In this document: positions 51,426 to 60,345 of the stretch, piece after piece
Layout: the number at the start of each line of letters is the position of its first letter
Position numbering within the stretch: the first letter of the stretch is position 1
Source: a virus
Taxonomy: Duplodnaviria; Heunggongvirae; Uroviricota; Caudoviricetes
Strand: one strand, 5' to 3'
Length of the DNA stretch: 64,000 bases
Virus record (IMG/VR): IMGVR_UViG_3300028832_000003
Span: 64,001-128,000 of that record
The notes under the pieces: generated by a model
The model's database searches: none
The model's input: only the letters and a program-made list of their open reading frames with translations
What the model was told of the DNA's origin: nothing
Position numbers and translations under genes: made by a program

Positions 51426-51668
51426 TTATTTACTTTTTACGTACCTTACGATTTCTTCGTATGCACTGTCATAGGTTTCTTCGTCAATCATCTTAAAGTC
51501 CATCAGACAGTTGCAGTAGCCGAGTACGACCGCAGCCCATATGCTGGGATGGTCTTTTTGGTCGTCACGGTTGAATGCCAAGTCCTTAAACGACCTGGCT
51601 ATGTTGTGCCTGCCTTTGTCGTGAAGGGTCTTTCCTATAAGACTTAAAGTAGGAAAAGGATTAGCCAT
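51426..51668 (-). CDS. Hypothetical protein
   Basis: 80 aa; GYCNCL..IDEETYDSA. Confidence 0.65.
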   Translation of the reverse strand: MANPFPTLSLIGKTLHDKGRHNIARSFKDLAFNRDDQKDHPSIWAAVVLGYCNCLMDFKMIDEETYDSAYEEIVRYVKSK

Positions 51669-51936
51669 TGTCGGTCGCCTCCAGTTCTTCCGTAAGTTTT
51701 TTGTCTATGAGGTACTTGAAAATTTCTTCCATCGCAGCGGAGTAGTCGTCATCCGAAATCAGCTTCGCCGCCGCAAGACATCCGAGAGTACCCTGAAGAT
51801 ACATGGAGTCAAGATGCAGAAGATGAAAAGTTTCGTGGTCTTCAAGCACGTCCTCACATGCCGCCCTTACCTCTCCGGCAAGGTCAAGGTTTCCAGCTTC
51901 CTCAAATCTTTCATAAATGTCCTTAATTTTTTCCAT
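51661..51936 (-). CDS. Hypothetical protein
   Basis: 91 aa; GTLGCL..ISDDDYSAA. Confidence 0.65.
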   Translation of the reverse strand: MEKIKDIYERFEEAGNLDLAGEVRAACEDVLEDHETFHLLHLDSMYLQGTLGCLAAAKLISDDDYSAAMEEIFKYLIDKKLTEELEATDNG

Positions 51937-52282
51937 CTTCCGTCACTCCTTCGTCTCTAGTAAGAAAGTCATACAGACTCTCGGCACACGAAAAGTCCTC
52001 GTTGATTTCCTTGCCGTTTTTTACCGTGGTCACGTCCCCCGGCTTAAACTTCCTTCCAAAGTCGAGTTCCCAGCAGAAGTACGCAAGGTCTGAACCAATC
52101 TCGTCGTCAATCGGCAATCCCATTGACTCCTCAATTACCCTGATCAAAGTCTCGGAGCAGTCGGGCTGGTAAACGTAACCGTCCACTCCGTTGTTTGAAA
52201 AATATTCGTTCAGGCCTTCCTGATAGTCCCACGCCCTCTGGAGTTCCCTTACGGCGTCACAAAAAGTTTCCTTACTCAGCAT
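51923..52282 (-). CDS. Hypothetical phage protein
   Basis: 119 aa; YFCWELDFG...LYDFL. Confidence 0.7.
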   Translation of the reverse strand: MLSKETFCDAVRELQRAWDYQEGLNEYFSNNGVDGYVYQPDCSETLIRVIEESMGLPIDDEIGSDLAYFCWELDFGRKFKPGDVTTVKNGKEINEDFSCAESLYDFLTRDEGVTEDGKN

Positions 52283-52505
52283 CCTTTTTATTTTCTCCTT
52301 CCATTGACATTTTCTTTATAATTTCATTTAACACGTCACGACGGAACTGTTTTGCCTTTTCATATGCATATAATTCCTTCGCAAGGTCAATGATTGCCGG
52401 AGCAAAAACCACGTACCAGCTTAAGTCCGTTATTCCGTTCGCATTCAGTATTGTCAGTATCACTGACAGCAAAGACAAATATCCAACCTTTATCATTTTT
52501 AACAT
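52272..52505 (-). CDS. Small membrane protein
   Basis: Hydrophobic N-terminus, SWYVVFAP. Confidence 0.65.
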   Translation of the reverse strand: MLKMIKVGYLSLLSVILTILNANGITDLSWYVVFAPAIIDLAKELYAYEKAKQFRRDVLNEIIKKMSMEGENKKDAE

Positions 52506-52628
52506 TCTCCTTATAATAGGTAATTTTTGTATTTAAAAATTAATTTTGGCAGTTTGGTCGATTATCTTACCGTAACCACCTTTTAAAATTTCAAATTAAT
52601 CATTATTTTCATTTCTAATAAATAAGTT

Positions 52629-52904
52629 TTAATCATTCTTTTTGCCAGACCTGAGCCTGTTCGCAATCTCTGCCCTCTCTTCGTCGGTATAGTTCGTCTC
52701 CCTGGGGGCGGTAATCTTTAACCACTTTAACGGTATCCTCGCATAGACAGATCCGTCCTCGTTCAGAACAAACTTCTCAAACTTCTCCGAGTGCTTCTCA
52801 TACAGTTTCTTCATTCTGTTACATAACCTTAAGTTCGTGAACGTTACCGTACACGTCCTGTCTCCGTTATAAAACTCAACGGCATTCTCATTGTTCTTTT
52901 CCAT
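52629..52904 (-). CDS. Hypothetical phage protein
   Basis: ENAVEF...NEDGSVYARIPLKWLKI...TDEER. Confidence 0.7.
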   Translation of the reverse strand: MEKNNENAVEFYNGDRTCTVTFTNLRLCNRMKKLYEKHSEKFEKFVLNEDGSVYARIPLKWLKITAPRETNYTDEERAEIANRLRSGKKND

Positions 52905-53175
52905 TTTTTAACCTCTCCTTCCTCTCAGACTTCTTCCTTAACTGGTTCATCCAGTAAAAGTCATTCCTTATTTCCCTTGCCGCGTCCGGGATCGTCTGAT
53001 AATAATCCGACCACTTGACAATGGGGGAGGGGAGGAGTTTATGCATTTCTTCCTTTGACTGAAATGGGATCGTATACTTATAATACTTACAGTCCGGAAG
53101 TTCCTTCTTTATGACGCTACATTTTTTAGGTTGCAGTTCCTCCTTTGTTCCTTGTGATAAATTGTCCATAATCAA
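52888..53175 (-). CDS. Hypothetical protein
   Basis: 95-aa ORF, AAAGGA RBS. Confidence 0.55.
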   Translation of the reverse strand: MIMDNLSQGTKEELQPKKCSVIKKELPDCKYYKYTIPFQSKEEMHKLLPSPIVKWSDYYQTIPDAAREIRNDFYWMNQLRKKSERKERLKNGKEQ

Positions 53176-53314
53176 CTAGTTCCTTTCCGAAATTCAAAAC
53201 AAATTTCTTTTTCATGATTTCTCCTCATACTAAAATTACAAAAGTAAACCAAAATGGTTTACGATTTTAAAACAATAACGTCCGATTACAATATTTAATT
53301 CTCCAAAACAAATT

Positions 53315-53938
53315 TTATTTTTTCGTTTTTGGAGCATACAAGTCCTGCATCCTGTACGTCACCTTGTTCTTGACCGTCTTCTTTTTTAACAGCCCCGCCT
53401 TCGTTAATGCCGTAAGACATTCCGACGAAGTGCCGTTCTTTACGTGCAGTTCCTCGTCCATCCGTCTCTTGCTTAAGTAACACCAGCCGTCAGACAAAAG
53501 GTTCTTTAACACGTGAACGTAAACCGCAACCGCTACGTCCCCCGGAACCTCTCCGACGGTTTCACTGATCACTTTATAACTTTCCAGCGGCAACTGGATG
53601 AATTTCCACTTTCCTTTAAAGAAGAGTTCCTTCAGTTCCACCTTTACGAAATCTCCCATGCCAATCTCACTTAAGTCTTCCTTATAGTCTATCAGTCCGT
53701 CATACCTGAACCTCTCCATTGCCATGATGAAGTCGTTCCTTAATTCCTTTTTTCTTTTTGACGGATCTGCTCCGACTAAACGGAACAGTTCGTTAAACGT
53801 AATCCATGAGTCTCCGTTTCTGGAACCGTTATAAAATAAATGACACCACAATAACAATGCCCTGAAATTCAGTCCATTGTCACTTAACCATCCATGTTCA
53901 GTTAACCTCTCGGGTACTCTTATGAAAAAAGGGGTCAT
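53315..53938 (-). CDS. Putative replication initiator (tandem winged-helix)
   Basis: Two FFIRVP/FIQLP...wHTH-like units; adjacent to the DnaA-box region. Confidence 0.55.
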   Translation of the reverse strand: MTPFFIRVPERLTEHGWLSDNGLNFRALLLWCHLFYNGSRNGDSWITFNELFRLVGADPSKRKKELRNDFIMAMERFRYDGLIDYKEDLSEIGMGDFVKVELKELFFKGKWKFIQLPLESYKVISETVGEVPGDVAVAVYVHVLKNLLSDGWCYLSKRRMDEELHVKNGTSSECLTALTKAGLLKKKTVKNKVTYRMQDLYAPKTKK

Positions 53939-53983
53939 TTTGCCAATTCCGTTCTAAAAATTAGGAAGTCCCAGGGGGGGTCT

Positions 53984-54019
53984 GTCCCCAAATTGCACGT
54001 TTTTGTACAAATTGGGGAC
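53984..54019. repeat. Inverted repeat upstream of the rep-like gene
   Basis: GTCCCCAAATTGCAC / GTACAAATTGGGGAC (13 of 15 complementary). Confidence 0.6.
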
Positions 54020-54442
54020 TCTACTATATATAAGATTATTAATATATATATTTATATATATAAGATATATTTATTAATTATCTTTAGTTAAATTCATTCC
54101 AGACCTTTTGCTTTGATTTCCCATTACCATATTCTCCGTTTTTTGATGATCATTGGGTTAATCTGCTTTATGAGACTTTTGGGTCGCAGTTTAACAAGTC
54201 GGCTGTGGAAGTGAATAATGGCTGCTTCGCAGCATTTTTATTTTTTTGCCTTTAGAGAAAAAATATTTATTTGTCTATTCCTCACCTTTGCTTCATATAC
54301 ACATAACTGATTACCCGTGTGTATGATTACTAAAGGCTCCGGCTCGTCATACGTGAGATGAATTTATTATTTTTATCCCATTTATGTAATTTATGTATCC
54401 ATTATTCATTTATACGTAATGGTTATTTATGGCTTTATTAGT

Positions 54443-54716
54443 TTATCCATACGTTCTAGATGTCTCTGTTAAAGTTTAAAATAAGATTTTTTCCTTTAAG
54501 AAAAAATCTTTTATTATCTCTGTTTATATGTGTTCCCTAAACGTAAGTATGTTTATGGTTATGGTTTATATATTATATATATTATATATATTATATTATT
54601 AATGGTTATCCACAGACGTTGTGCATAAAATTGTGGATAACTACGTGGATATCTTTTTGCGTTCGATGGTACTCCCTAAATTTTACTGAACTGCATCTGC
54701 CCGGCATTGTGGATAG
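54443..54716. other. Putative replication origin: AT-rich unwinding tract plus DnaA-box cluster
   Basis: TTATCCACA 54606, TGTGCATAA 54620, TGTGGATAA 54632, TGTGGATAG 54708, TTATCCATA 54443; TATAT repeats 54567-54600; gene orientation flips here. Confidence 0.7.
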
Positions 54717-55086
54717 TTCATTTTCGTTGGTTTTATATCATGGTGATATCATTTTGATATCACTTTTTTTATTGGCTGGTTTTGTCTGGATTTCTCGATA
54801 TTGGCGGTGAAAACATTCCGGGATGTGGGTCGTGATAATTTTAGAAAGTTTGAGATGATTTTAAAACGGTGATTTTAGTGGAATTTTAGGTGCGGTTTTG
54901 GGGTGATTCTTTAGGGTGGGGTGTGGATGAAGGTGCTAGTCCCCACGCAAGAAAAATAAGGGCGATCTAGCGTTTTTGCTACCCCCCAATTATATATAAA
55001 ATCACAATTTTATCTATTATTAAAATGCAATAATTGTTTATTGTAACACGATAAAAAATTAAAGTAAAAATTTAATTTTTGCTGCC

Positions 55087-55114
55087 TTGACATTTTATTT
55101 GTATATGTTATCTT
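55087..55114 (+). promoter_or_regulatory. SigmaA-type early promoter
   Basis: TTGACA-16 nt-TATCTT with extended TG; A/T-tract UP element upstream. Confidence 0.7.
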
Positions 55115-55157
55115 ACAGTCAAGCCGAGGGGATAGCAAGCCGAGGCGAAAGAAGTTA

Positions 55158-55176
55158 GTACCTTGATAATTTCATA
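55158..55176 (+). promoter_or_regulatory. boxA-like element 1
   Basis: GTACCTTGATAATTTCATA resembles Firmicute rrn leader boxA; near-copy at 56360. Confidence 0.5.
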
Positions 55177-55352
55177 TCGAAAAGGCTGTCACTGTGTACG
55201 GGCGTAGTATGTCCGTATCACATACCGCACACCTATACGGTTGGGATTCCGCATGGCATAGCGTGGTTATGCATATGGGTGTGAATTAGGCCTACCACGT
55301 AGAGAAGTCTGCATATGGTTGCAAGGGCGTACACTAATAGGAGGATACTACA

Positions 55353-56012
55353 ATGTTAAACCTTAATGCAAAAGAACTTAAGCCCCTTAGAGACGCACTT
55401 GCGCTCTATCACATCGCTGATTTCAACAAGGCTGATGCCGACATTTCCAAGTCGAAGTATATCCGTCAGCGTGAGATCATCATCGCAAGCAACCTTGAGT
55501 CCATCGCTAAGATTGACAGGGGCGAGTGCAAGACCGTAGGCGGCAAGACTAAGGCTCAGATTGAGGCTCAGAACGTGGAGCTTCAGAATGAGATTAATGC
55601 TAAGCGTGAGGAGATCATGGCAAAAAAGGCTGAGTTTGACAAGAACATCGCGGTTGCAATCGGTTTTCTTACTGAGGATCTCCGAGTAGCCGGCAAGGCG
55701 TACCTCGCCAATCCGTACAAGGAAGAGCTTGAAAATGCATTCGCCGAGGCATTTGCGAAGTGGTTCAATGACAATGGTGCGAAGTCTGCATCTGCACTTG
55801 ATTGCAAAAAGTTCGTTCGCCCTATGGGCGTAATGATTGGAAGCAGTCGCACTAAGTGCATGACAAACAACCACACTCGTGCCGTCAGTGGTAAGAGTTT
55901 TGATCAGCTTCTGCTTGACGTAATCTGCGACGAGCCGACCGTAAAGGCACTGTTGCCGATTAAGAAGTGGGAGAACGTGATCGAGAGAAAGACGAAAAAG
56001 TCTGCCGAGTAA
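55353..56012 (+). CDS. Orphan 219-aa first early protein
   Basis: AGGAGG RBS, strong codon bias, coiled-coil middle; no recognisable family. Confidence 0.8.
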   Translation: MLNLNAKELKPLRDALALYHIADFNKADADISKSKYIRQREIIIASNLESIAKIDRGECKTVGGKTKAQIEAQNVELQNEINAKREEIMAKKAEFDKNIAVAIGFLTEDLRVAGKAYLANPYKEELENAFAEAFAKWFNDNGAKSASALDCKKFVRPMGVMIGSSRTKCMTNNHTRAVSGKSFDQLLLDVICDEPTVKALLPIKKWENVIERKTKKSAE

Positions 56013-56359
56013 TACCGACCATATGACAACTAAATATTGGGGCCCACAAAGTGGGACGTAACCGTTAATTAACCACAAGGCCCTTGCAACGATATGTGGA
56101 CTTCTCCATTGACGAACATTCCCTTGATTTTTGAGGGTTGCCGTCATTGACGTGGCATAAGGGCATATATGGTGGCAAGAATGTCGCATGAGTGCTTAGC
56201 ACAAGAGCATGGTCTGTATTCGTATGCCGTTAAACCGTCACTGTGCCGACTAAGTCATTCGACCGTCATATTGAGATGACGTGATTTTGGCGAGGTCACT
56301 TGCTAACGTGCCACAAGCGATCAATGGTGGATTTATGGGAGTTGATGGGGCGAGTTCGT

Positions 56360-56380
56360 GTACTTTGACAAACATTCATA
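56360..56380 (+). promoter_or_regulatory. boxA-like element 2
   Basis: GTACTTTGACAAACATTCATA. Confidence 0.5.
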
Positions 56381-57343
56381 GCGTGAGGCATGACCGATAA
56401 GGGGGTGCTTCTGACATCATGGGTCGAACTGCGTGCTTTTTTAGGCGTGGGGTTCGCTCCGTGGAGGCCACGTGTTTTTTTTGCGTGGGTGAAGTGGGGC
56501 GTTCCAGATGATTACCTTTGGGGTAATTGGGCGCATTCTGCGTGATTTTTGCGCACGTTTGCGTTCAGCGATGAGGATAGGTCTGTCTTATAGCAGCGAC
56601 GGGTAGAGTACCGTCGTGCGAAGCCAACGTATGCGATTGCGTTGCAAGCGCGTCGTATGCGTTAAGATGCTCAACGGCTTTTACTAGTGGTGCGCCGTCT
56701 TTGACGCGCATTATGTGGCAGGGTGGCTATTACCATGCGATTGTACGAGACAGTTGCGTCCATTTGTGGGCGTAGTCTGCATGGGTAGGGCGAATCATAG
56801 CAGAACGTTGTGAATACCGTGGTCAGGGACGAAGTCCGACCCTAGCTAAGCGTGTGTCTAACGGTGCGTGGCAGTGCATGCATTTTATGCATTGGTACGT
56901 ACTTCTCTGTGGGCTTATTAGGTGCGTAAGAAGAACCTTGCGCGTCGAAACGTCGCTAAAGATTGCCGTGCGAGTAATTGCACGCTAAGAAGACTGTAAA
57001 TCGGATTGTGCGCACATGGTGCGCTTATGGGTCAGCCACGTGATAACGATCTACGCATGGGCATGAAATAAGGCCCCGTCAGCGAATAAAGCGAGTAGGT
57101 AACCGCGTCGGAAATGCGGCTTAAGGAATAAACAGCGTTATCATGCACGAGGGGAATACTGTCAGTGTACCCTTATGAGTCATGCTTAGAAAGGTGTGAC
57201 GAACGGGGATAAAATACCCACGGTGAAAGTCCGTCTTTACGTTATACCCATGTCCTCAAGGGGGTGCGTAAATATAAAGGTTGCCGTTGGCTACGCGATA
57301 AAGGCGGTTCCCATAAGGGAATACAACGAATGTTGAGGCAAGT

Positions 57344-57439
57344 GGGCATTATCATGGGATTGGGAGACGAACGGCAAGGTTCGTCTTTTTTTGCGGATTA
57401 AACGCAATTAACCAGACGGTTCGAGTCCGTCAATGCCCT
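57344..57439 (+). ncRNA. tRNA-like element (acceptor stem + T arm, aberrant middle)
   Basis: GGGCATT/AATGCCC; GACGG-TTCGAGT-CCGTC; internal GACGAAC/GTTCGTC hairpin followed by T7. Confidence 0.6.
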
Positions 57440-57473
57440 TTTAATGGTGCTACGGAAGAAGAAGGAGGTATTT

Positions 57474-57704
57474 ATGGATAAGGCAAGCGCATGGTATCAT
57501 TACAGAAACGAAAAGCTTGGAGTTAGTTCGCTGACGTGTCATCAAAGGGAAGACATGTCTTGGACTATCAAGCACTTTGGTCTTGACCAATGTAAAAAGG
57601 CATATTATACAAAATTAGAAGATGCCAAAGATAAGACAGAAACATCTTTTAAGTTTGATCAGACTGAAATGGAATGTTTAAATGCCCTTTCCATAGGATT
57701 ATAA
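57474..57704 (+). CDS. Early hypothetical protein
   Basis: AAGGAGG RBS, MDKASAW. Confidence 0.7.
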   Translation: MDKASAWYHYRNEKLGVSSLTCHQREDMSWTIKHFGLDQCKKAYYTKLEDAKDKTETSFKFDQTEMECLNALSIGL

Positions 57705-57725
57705 AGAGAAAGAGAGGTAAAAAAT

Positions 57726-57902
57726 ATGATTACTTATACAGTCCGTTATTATGACGGAAACGAGAAGTGGTTTGATGCGCCAAATATTATGGAGCTTATG
57801 ATGCATCTGTGCGAAACGGAAGACGTAAATGAAATTTGTCAAATTATGTCACATGATCACCGCAACGGAATTACATTGGAATCAATTTGCAGAAAAAACT
57901 AG
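57726..57902 (+). CDS. Small early protein (58 aa; not in track)
   Basis: GAGGT RBS, MITYTVRYYDG...CRKN*. Confidence 0.6.
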   Translation: MITYTVRYYDGNEKWFDAPNIMELMMHLCETEDVNEICQIMSHDHRNGITLESICRKN

Positions 57903-58182
57903 TTTGTGTTATCCTTTAAAAAAACGGAAGGACGGTGACTTAAATGGAAAAATTGGTTCTTTATGTAGTAAAATGGATGGAAGACACTTATTATTTTTCC
58001 ACATACGAAAAAGCCGTGGAATTTCTAAAAAAGGAGTCTTTCATTACTTACACAAAAGAAAATGAAGAGAAATGGCTCAAATCAATGATAAGAGAAGAAA
58101 CATTGACAGTATATTAAAAAATTGAACCCTAACAAGGGTTCTTTTTTTATACCCAAAATTAACAACGGAAAGGAGAATTAAA

Positions 58183-58350
58183 ATGATTGGCAGACGCTTT
58201 ATCAACGGTCACACCGTGACCACGTACAAGGTCGGCAACGTATATGAGACGACCGTATTTGACAAGTACGGAATTATCATTCGTTCAAGGGTAGATTTTA
58301 CCCCTGAACAGGCACGAGCAACGAACGACAAGTTTTGTAATTTGTGTTAG
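58183..58350 (+). CDS. Small early protein (55 aa; not in track)
   Basis: AAAGGAG RBS, MIGRRFING...CNLC*. Confidence 0.6.
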   Translation: MIGRRFINGHTVTTYKVGNVYETTVFDKYGIIIRSRVDFTPEQARATNDKFCNLC

Positions 58351-58367
58351 GGGGGTGGTAACGGAAA

Positions 58368-58478
58368 ATGAAAGGATACCCAACGCAAACCGGTTACATG
58401 GGATACGTTCCATGGAAACGCAGATATATTCTGTTTTCCACGGAAACGGAATATCTTGAGTACATAACGGAAACGTAA
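58368..58478 (+). CDS. Small early protein (36 aa; not in track)
   Basis: GGGGGTGG RBS, MKGYPTQTGYMGYVPW...EYITET*. Confidence 0.6.
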   Translation: MKGYPTQTGYMGYVPWKRRYILFSTETEYLEYITET

Positions 58479-58539
58479 AGCTAAAGCCCACGATCCAGGG
58501 CTTTATTTTTATGCAAAAAAACGGAAAGGAAGTGATAGT

Positions 58540-58662
58540 ATGACGTTCATCTACTACACGGCAAACGGAGGCCGGTATTACGTGAACGGAACGTGGCTAG
58601 GCAACTTCTATGTTGACGGCTACGGAAACAAAAGGGATATGCAGACGCAATCCCTGATCTAA
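58540..58662 (+). CDS. Small early protein (40 aa; not in track)
   Basis: AAAGGAAGTG RBS, MTFIYYTANG. Confidence 0.5.
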   Translation: MTFIYYTANGGRYYVNGTWLGNFYVDGYGNKRDMQTQSLI

Positions 58663-58680
58663 CGGAAAGTGAGGATAAAA

Positions 58681-58833
58681 ATGGATAACAAAAAGGAACG
58701 ATGCCGAGACTGTATCTGTCTCGTGCAAGGTGATAATGGAGAATGGATATGTGACGAAAAGCAAATGGAAATCAACTCCGTGGAAAGATGCCCGGAAGGA
58801 ATGGACGACGAAAGCGAAAGCGAGGTGGAGTAG
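58681..58833 (+). CDS. Small Cys-rich early protein (50 aa; not in track)
   Basis: GAGG RBS; CRDCIC...WIC...CP. Confidence 0.55.
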   Translation: MDNKKERCRDCICLVQGDNGEWICDEKQMEINSVERCPEGMDDESESEVE

Positions 58834-59010
58834 ATGCACACAACGGAAACTGTAATGACGCCTCAAGATAGGGCGATTGACATTGTAAAGTGCCTTTATG
58901 CGGGAAGTACGTACCGAGATCTCAGACGGAAAACAATCAGCCTGTTAAAACAGGCAAAAACGGAGAATGAAATAACTAGAATTCTCCGCAATGCAAGGTT
59001 AGAAAGTTGA
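58834..59010 (+). CDS. Small early protein (58 aa; not in track)
   Basis: GAGGTGG RBS; ...LLKQAKTENEITRILRNAR. Confidence 0.55.
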   Translation: MHTTETVMTPQDRAIDIVKCLYAGSTYRDLRRKTISLLKQAKTENEITRILRNARLES

Positions 59011-59038
59011 ACGGAAAATCAAGGGAGCGCTCCCACAG

Positions 59039-59174
59039 GCTCCCATGCGGTAATGCAGCTTGTCAATGGCAGAACAGACAACACAACCGCCTACTTTTAC
59101 GTATTGAGTGGGGGTGGGCGGTGGTTGTCGCCAAAGGCAAACGGTCACAAGCCCGTGTAAATGCAGAGTGGAGC
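59039..59174 (+). ncRNA. Twister self-cleaving ribozyme with long P3 insertion
   Basis: UAA-UGCA-GC ... ACGG-UCACAAGC-CCGU-GUAAA-UGCA-GAGUG; P2, P3, P4 and both pseudoknots (CAC/GUG, GC/GC) can form. Confidence 0.75.
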
Positions 59175-59224
59175 AATAAAAATACCTCGCACCCAATGGG
59201 GTTAAGGGACGGAAAGGAACGAAA

Positions 59225-59560
59225 ATGGGAAAGAAGTGTATGTTGGTAAACTCTTCCATGAATGGTGGTGGAGTTGAGTGTGTTTTCGATCCAGAGCAAG
59301 AGACGCTCGCTTTAGACGGACTCGCTCACGGATACATCAAAGAGGGGTGGGAGAATGGAGACATTCTCTTTGAAGAGACGGCAAGGGAACTTTTTGGTGA
59401 TGAATATGAGGAGTTTTGTGCAATTGCACAAGAAGTAAACCGAGGAGAAGAACACCCAATCGTTCTAGCCCTTGTTAAGGACACCGTATATGGATACTAT
59501 GATGTTCACATTGAATGTGGCAGCCTTTCTTGGGGTTGTGATATTTATGAGGAAATGTAA
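59225..59560 (+). CDS. Early hypothetical protein
   Basis: 111 aa, AAAGGA RBS. Confidence 0.7.
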   Translation: MGKKCMLVNSSMNGGGVECVFDPEQETLALDGLAHGYIKEGWENGDILFEETARELFGDEYEEFCAIAQEVNRGEEHPIVLALVKDTVYGYYDVHIECGSLSWGCDIYEEM

Positions 59561-59584
59561 CGGAAAAGAAAAGGGGAAATAAAT

Positions 59585-59851
59585 ATGAGATATTGGCACG
59601 TATCTGAGGTGTTTGCAGATGATGCAGACTACCTTGAAAGAGGCATTAAAAATGCCCTAGGTATCAACGGTGTATACGAGCGAAACGATCTAGGACGCAT
59701 CGTGCAATTTGAAATCCTATGTAACGACACGGAAAAGAGGTTAATCAACTCTTCCGTGTACAGTATTTTAGGCAGAAAGGCAGTCCTTTACAATGGGCCT
59801 ATCAAAGAAAATGTCTTGTTGCATCGCAAATTTTGGGAGAAAGCGAGGTAA
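59585..59851 (+). CDS. Early hypothetical protein
   Basis: 88 aa, AAGGGG RBS. Confidence 0.65.
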   Translation: MRYWHVSEVFADDADYLERGIKNALGINGVYERNDLGRIVQFEILCNDTEKRLINSSVYSILGRKAVLYNGPIKENVLLHRKFWEKAR

Positions 59852-59854
59852 ATT

Positions 59855-60088
59855 ATGGCACTTCAGCAAGTTCATTATTTCGTCCGAGGTGACGAGAACT
59901 CCCTTACTGGCTCAAGGCAAGTGTGGGAGCATGATGACGGTACGTACCGCATCTGGACGGAAACCGGGTTAGGCAAACTCCACAAGAACGTTGAGGAGTA
60001 CCTAACGGAAATCAAGGAAAAGGGCTGGACTGAGGTAAGCCACGTGGCATATCTCCGTTCAAGAGCCTACGGAAAGGTGGTGTTATAA
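59855..60088 (+). CDS. Early hypothetical protein
   Basis: 77 aa, GAGGT RBS. Confidence 0.65.
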   Translation: MALQQVHYFVRGDENSLTGSRQVWEHDDGTYRIWTETGLGKLHKNVEEYLTEIKEKGWTEVSHVAYLRSRAYGKVVL

Positions 60089-60190
60089 TGAGAAACTACT
60101 TAGATTGGGTTGCAAAATGTAGTCCTAAAAGGGACGGACTTGAAATGCGAGATTTCTTCGATTTTAGCGACGAAAGGAGTGATAACAATA

Positions 60191-60343
60191 ATGTGCCTTG
60201 ACCGTAAATCCATGACCAAAAAGGCATGGAAAGAGAAGATGAAAAGGCAACGAGTCATGAGTGACATGAATACTGGCACTCGTGACATGAAGTCTGCCAA
60301 ATATCCGAACCGTCAAGAACGGAAACGGATAAGAGAGGAGTAG
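60191..60343 (+). CDS. Small basic early protein
   Basis: AAGGAG RBS; MNTGTRDMKSAK. Confidence 0.55.
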   Translation: MCLDRKSMTKKAWKEKMKRQRVMSDMNTGTRDMKSAKYPNRQERKRIREE

Positions 60344-60345
60344 CT

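Larger units (their letters stand above)
56013..57440 (+). ncRNA. Putative large structured non-coding RNA region
   Basis: No ORF of 60 aa or more listed in 56190-57440; visibly GC-richer; more than 10 hairpins with G.U pairs on the + strand. Confidence 0.65.

Noticed and set aside
111..53000. Many plus-strand ORFs in the track (e.g. 22776-23915, 37628-38173, 2605-2976)
   Set aside because: They are antisense shadows of well-supported minus-strand genes and lack an RBS or recognisable motifs.
54830..54990. G-rich tract as genome end or pac site
   Set aside because: Cannot be supported without read-termini data.
55356..56189. 277-aa minus-strand ORF
   Set aside because: Codon-register shadow of the biased 219-aa plus-strand gene; no convincing RBS.
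56920..57000. Hammerhead ribozyme (CGAAAC present)
   Set aside because: No CUGANGA core with matching stems.
56990..57240. Group II intron (GTGCG and GGTGAAAGTCC seen)
   Set aside because: No domain V, reverse transcriptase ORF or interrupted gene found.
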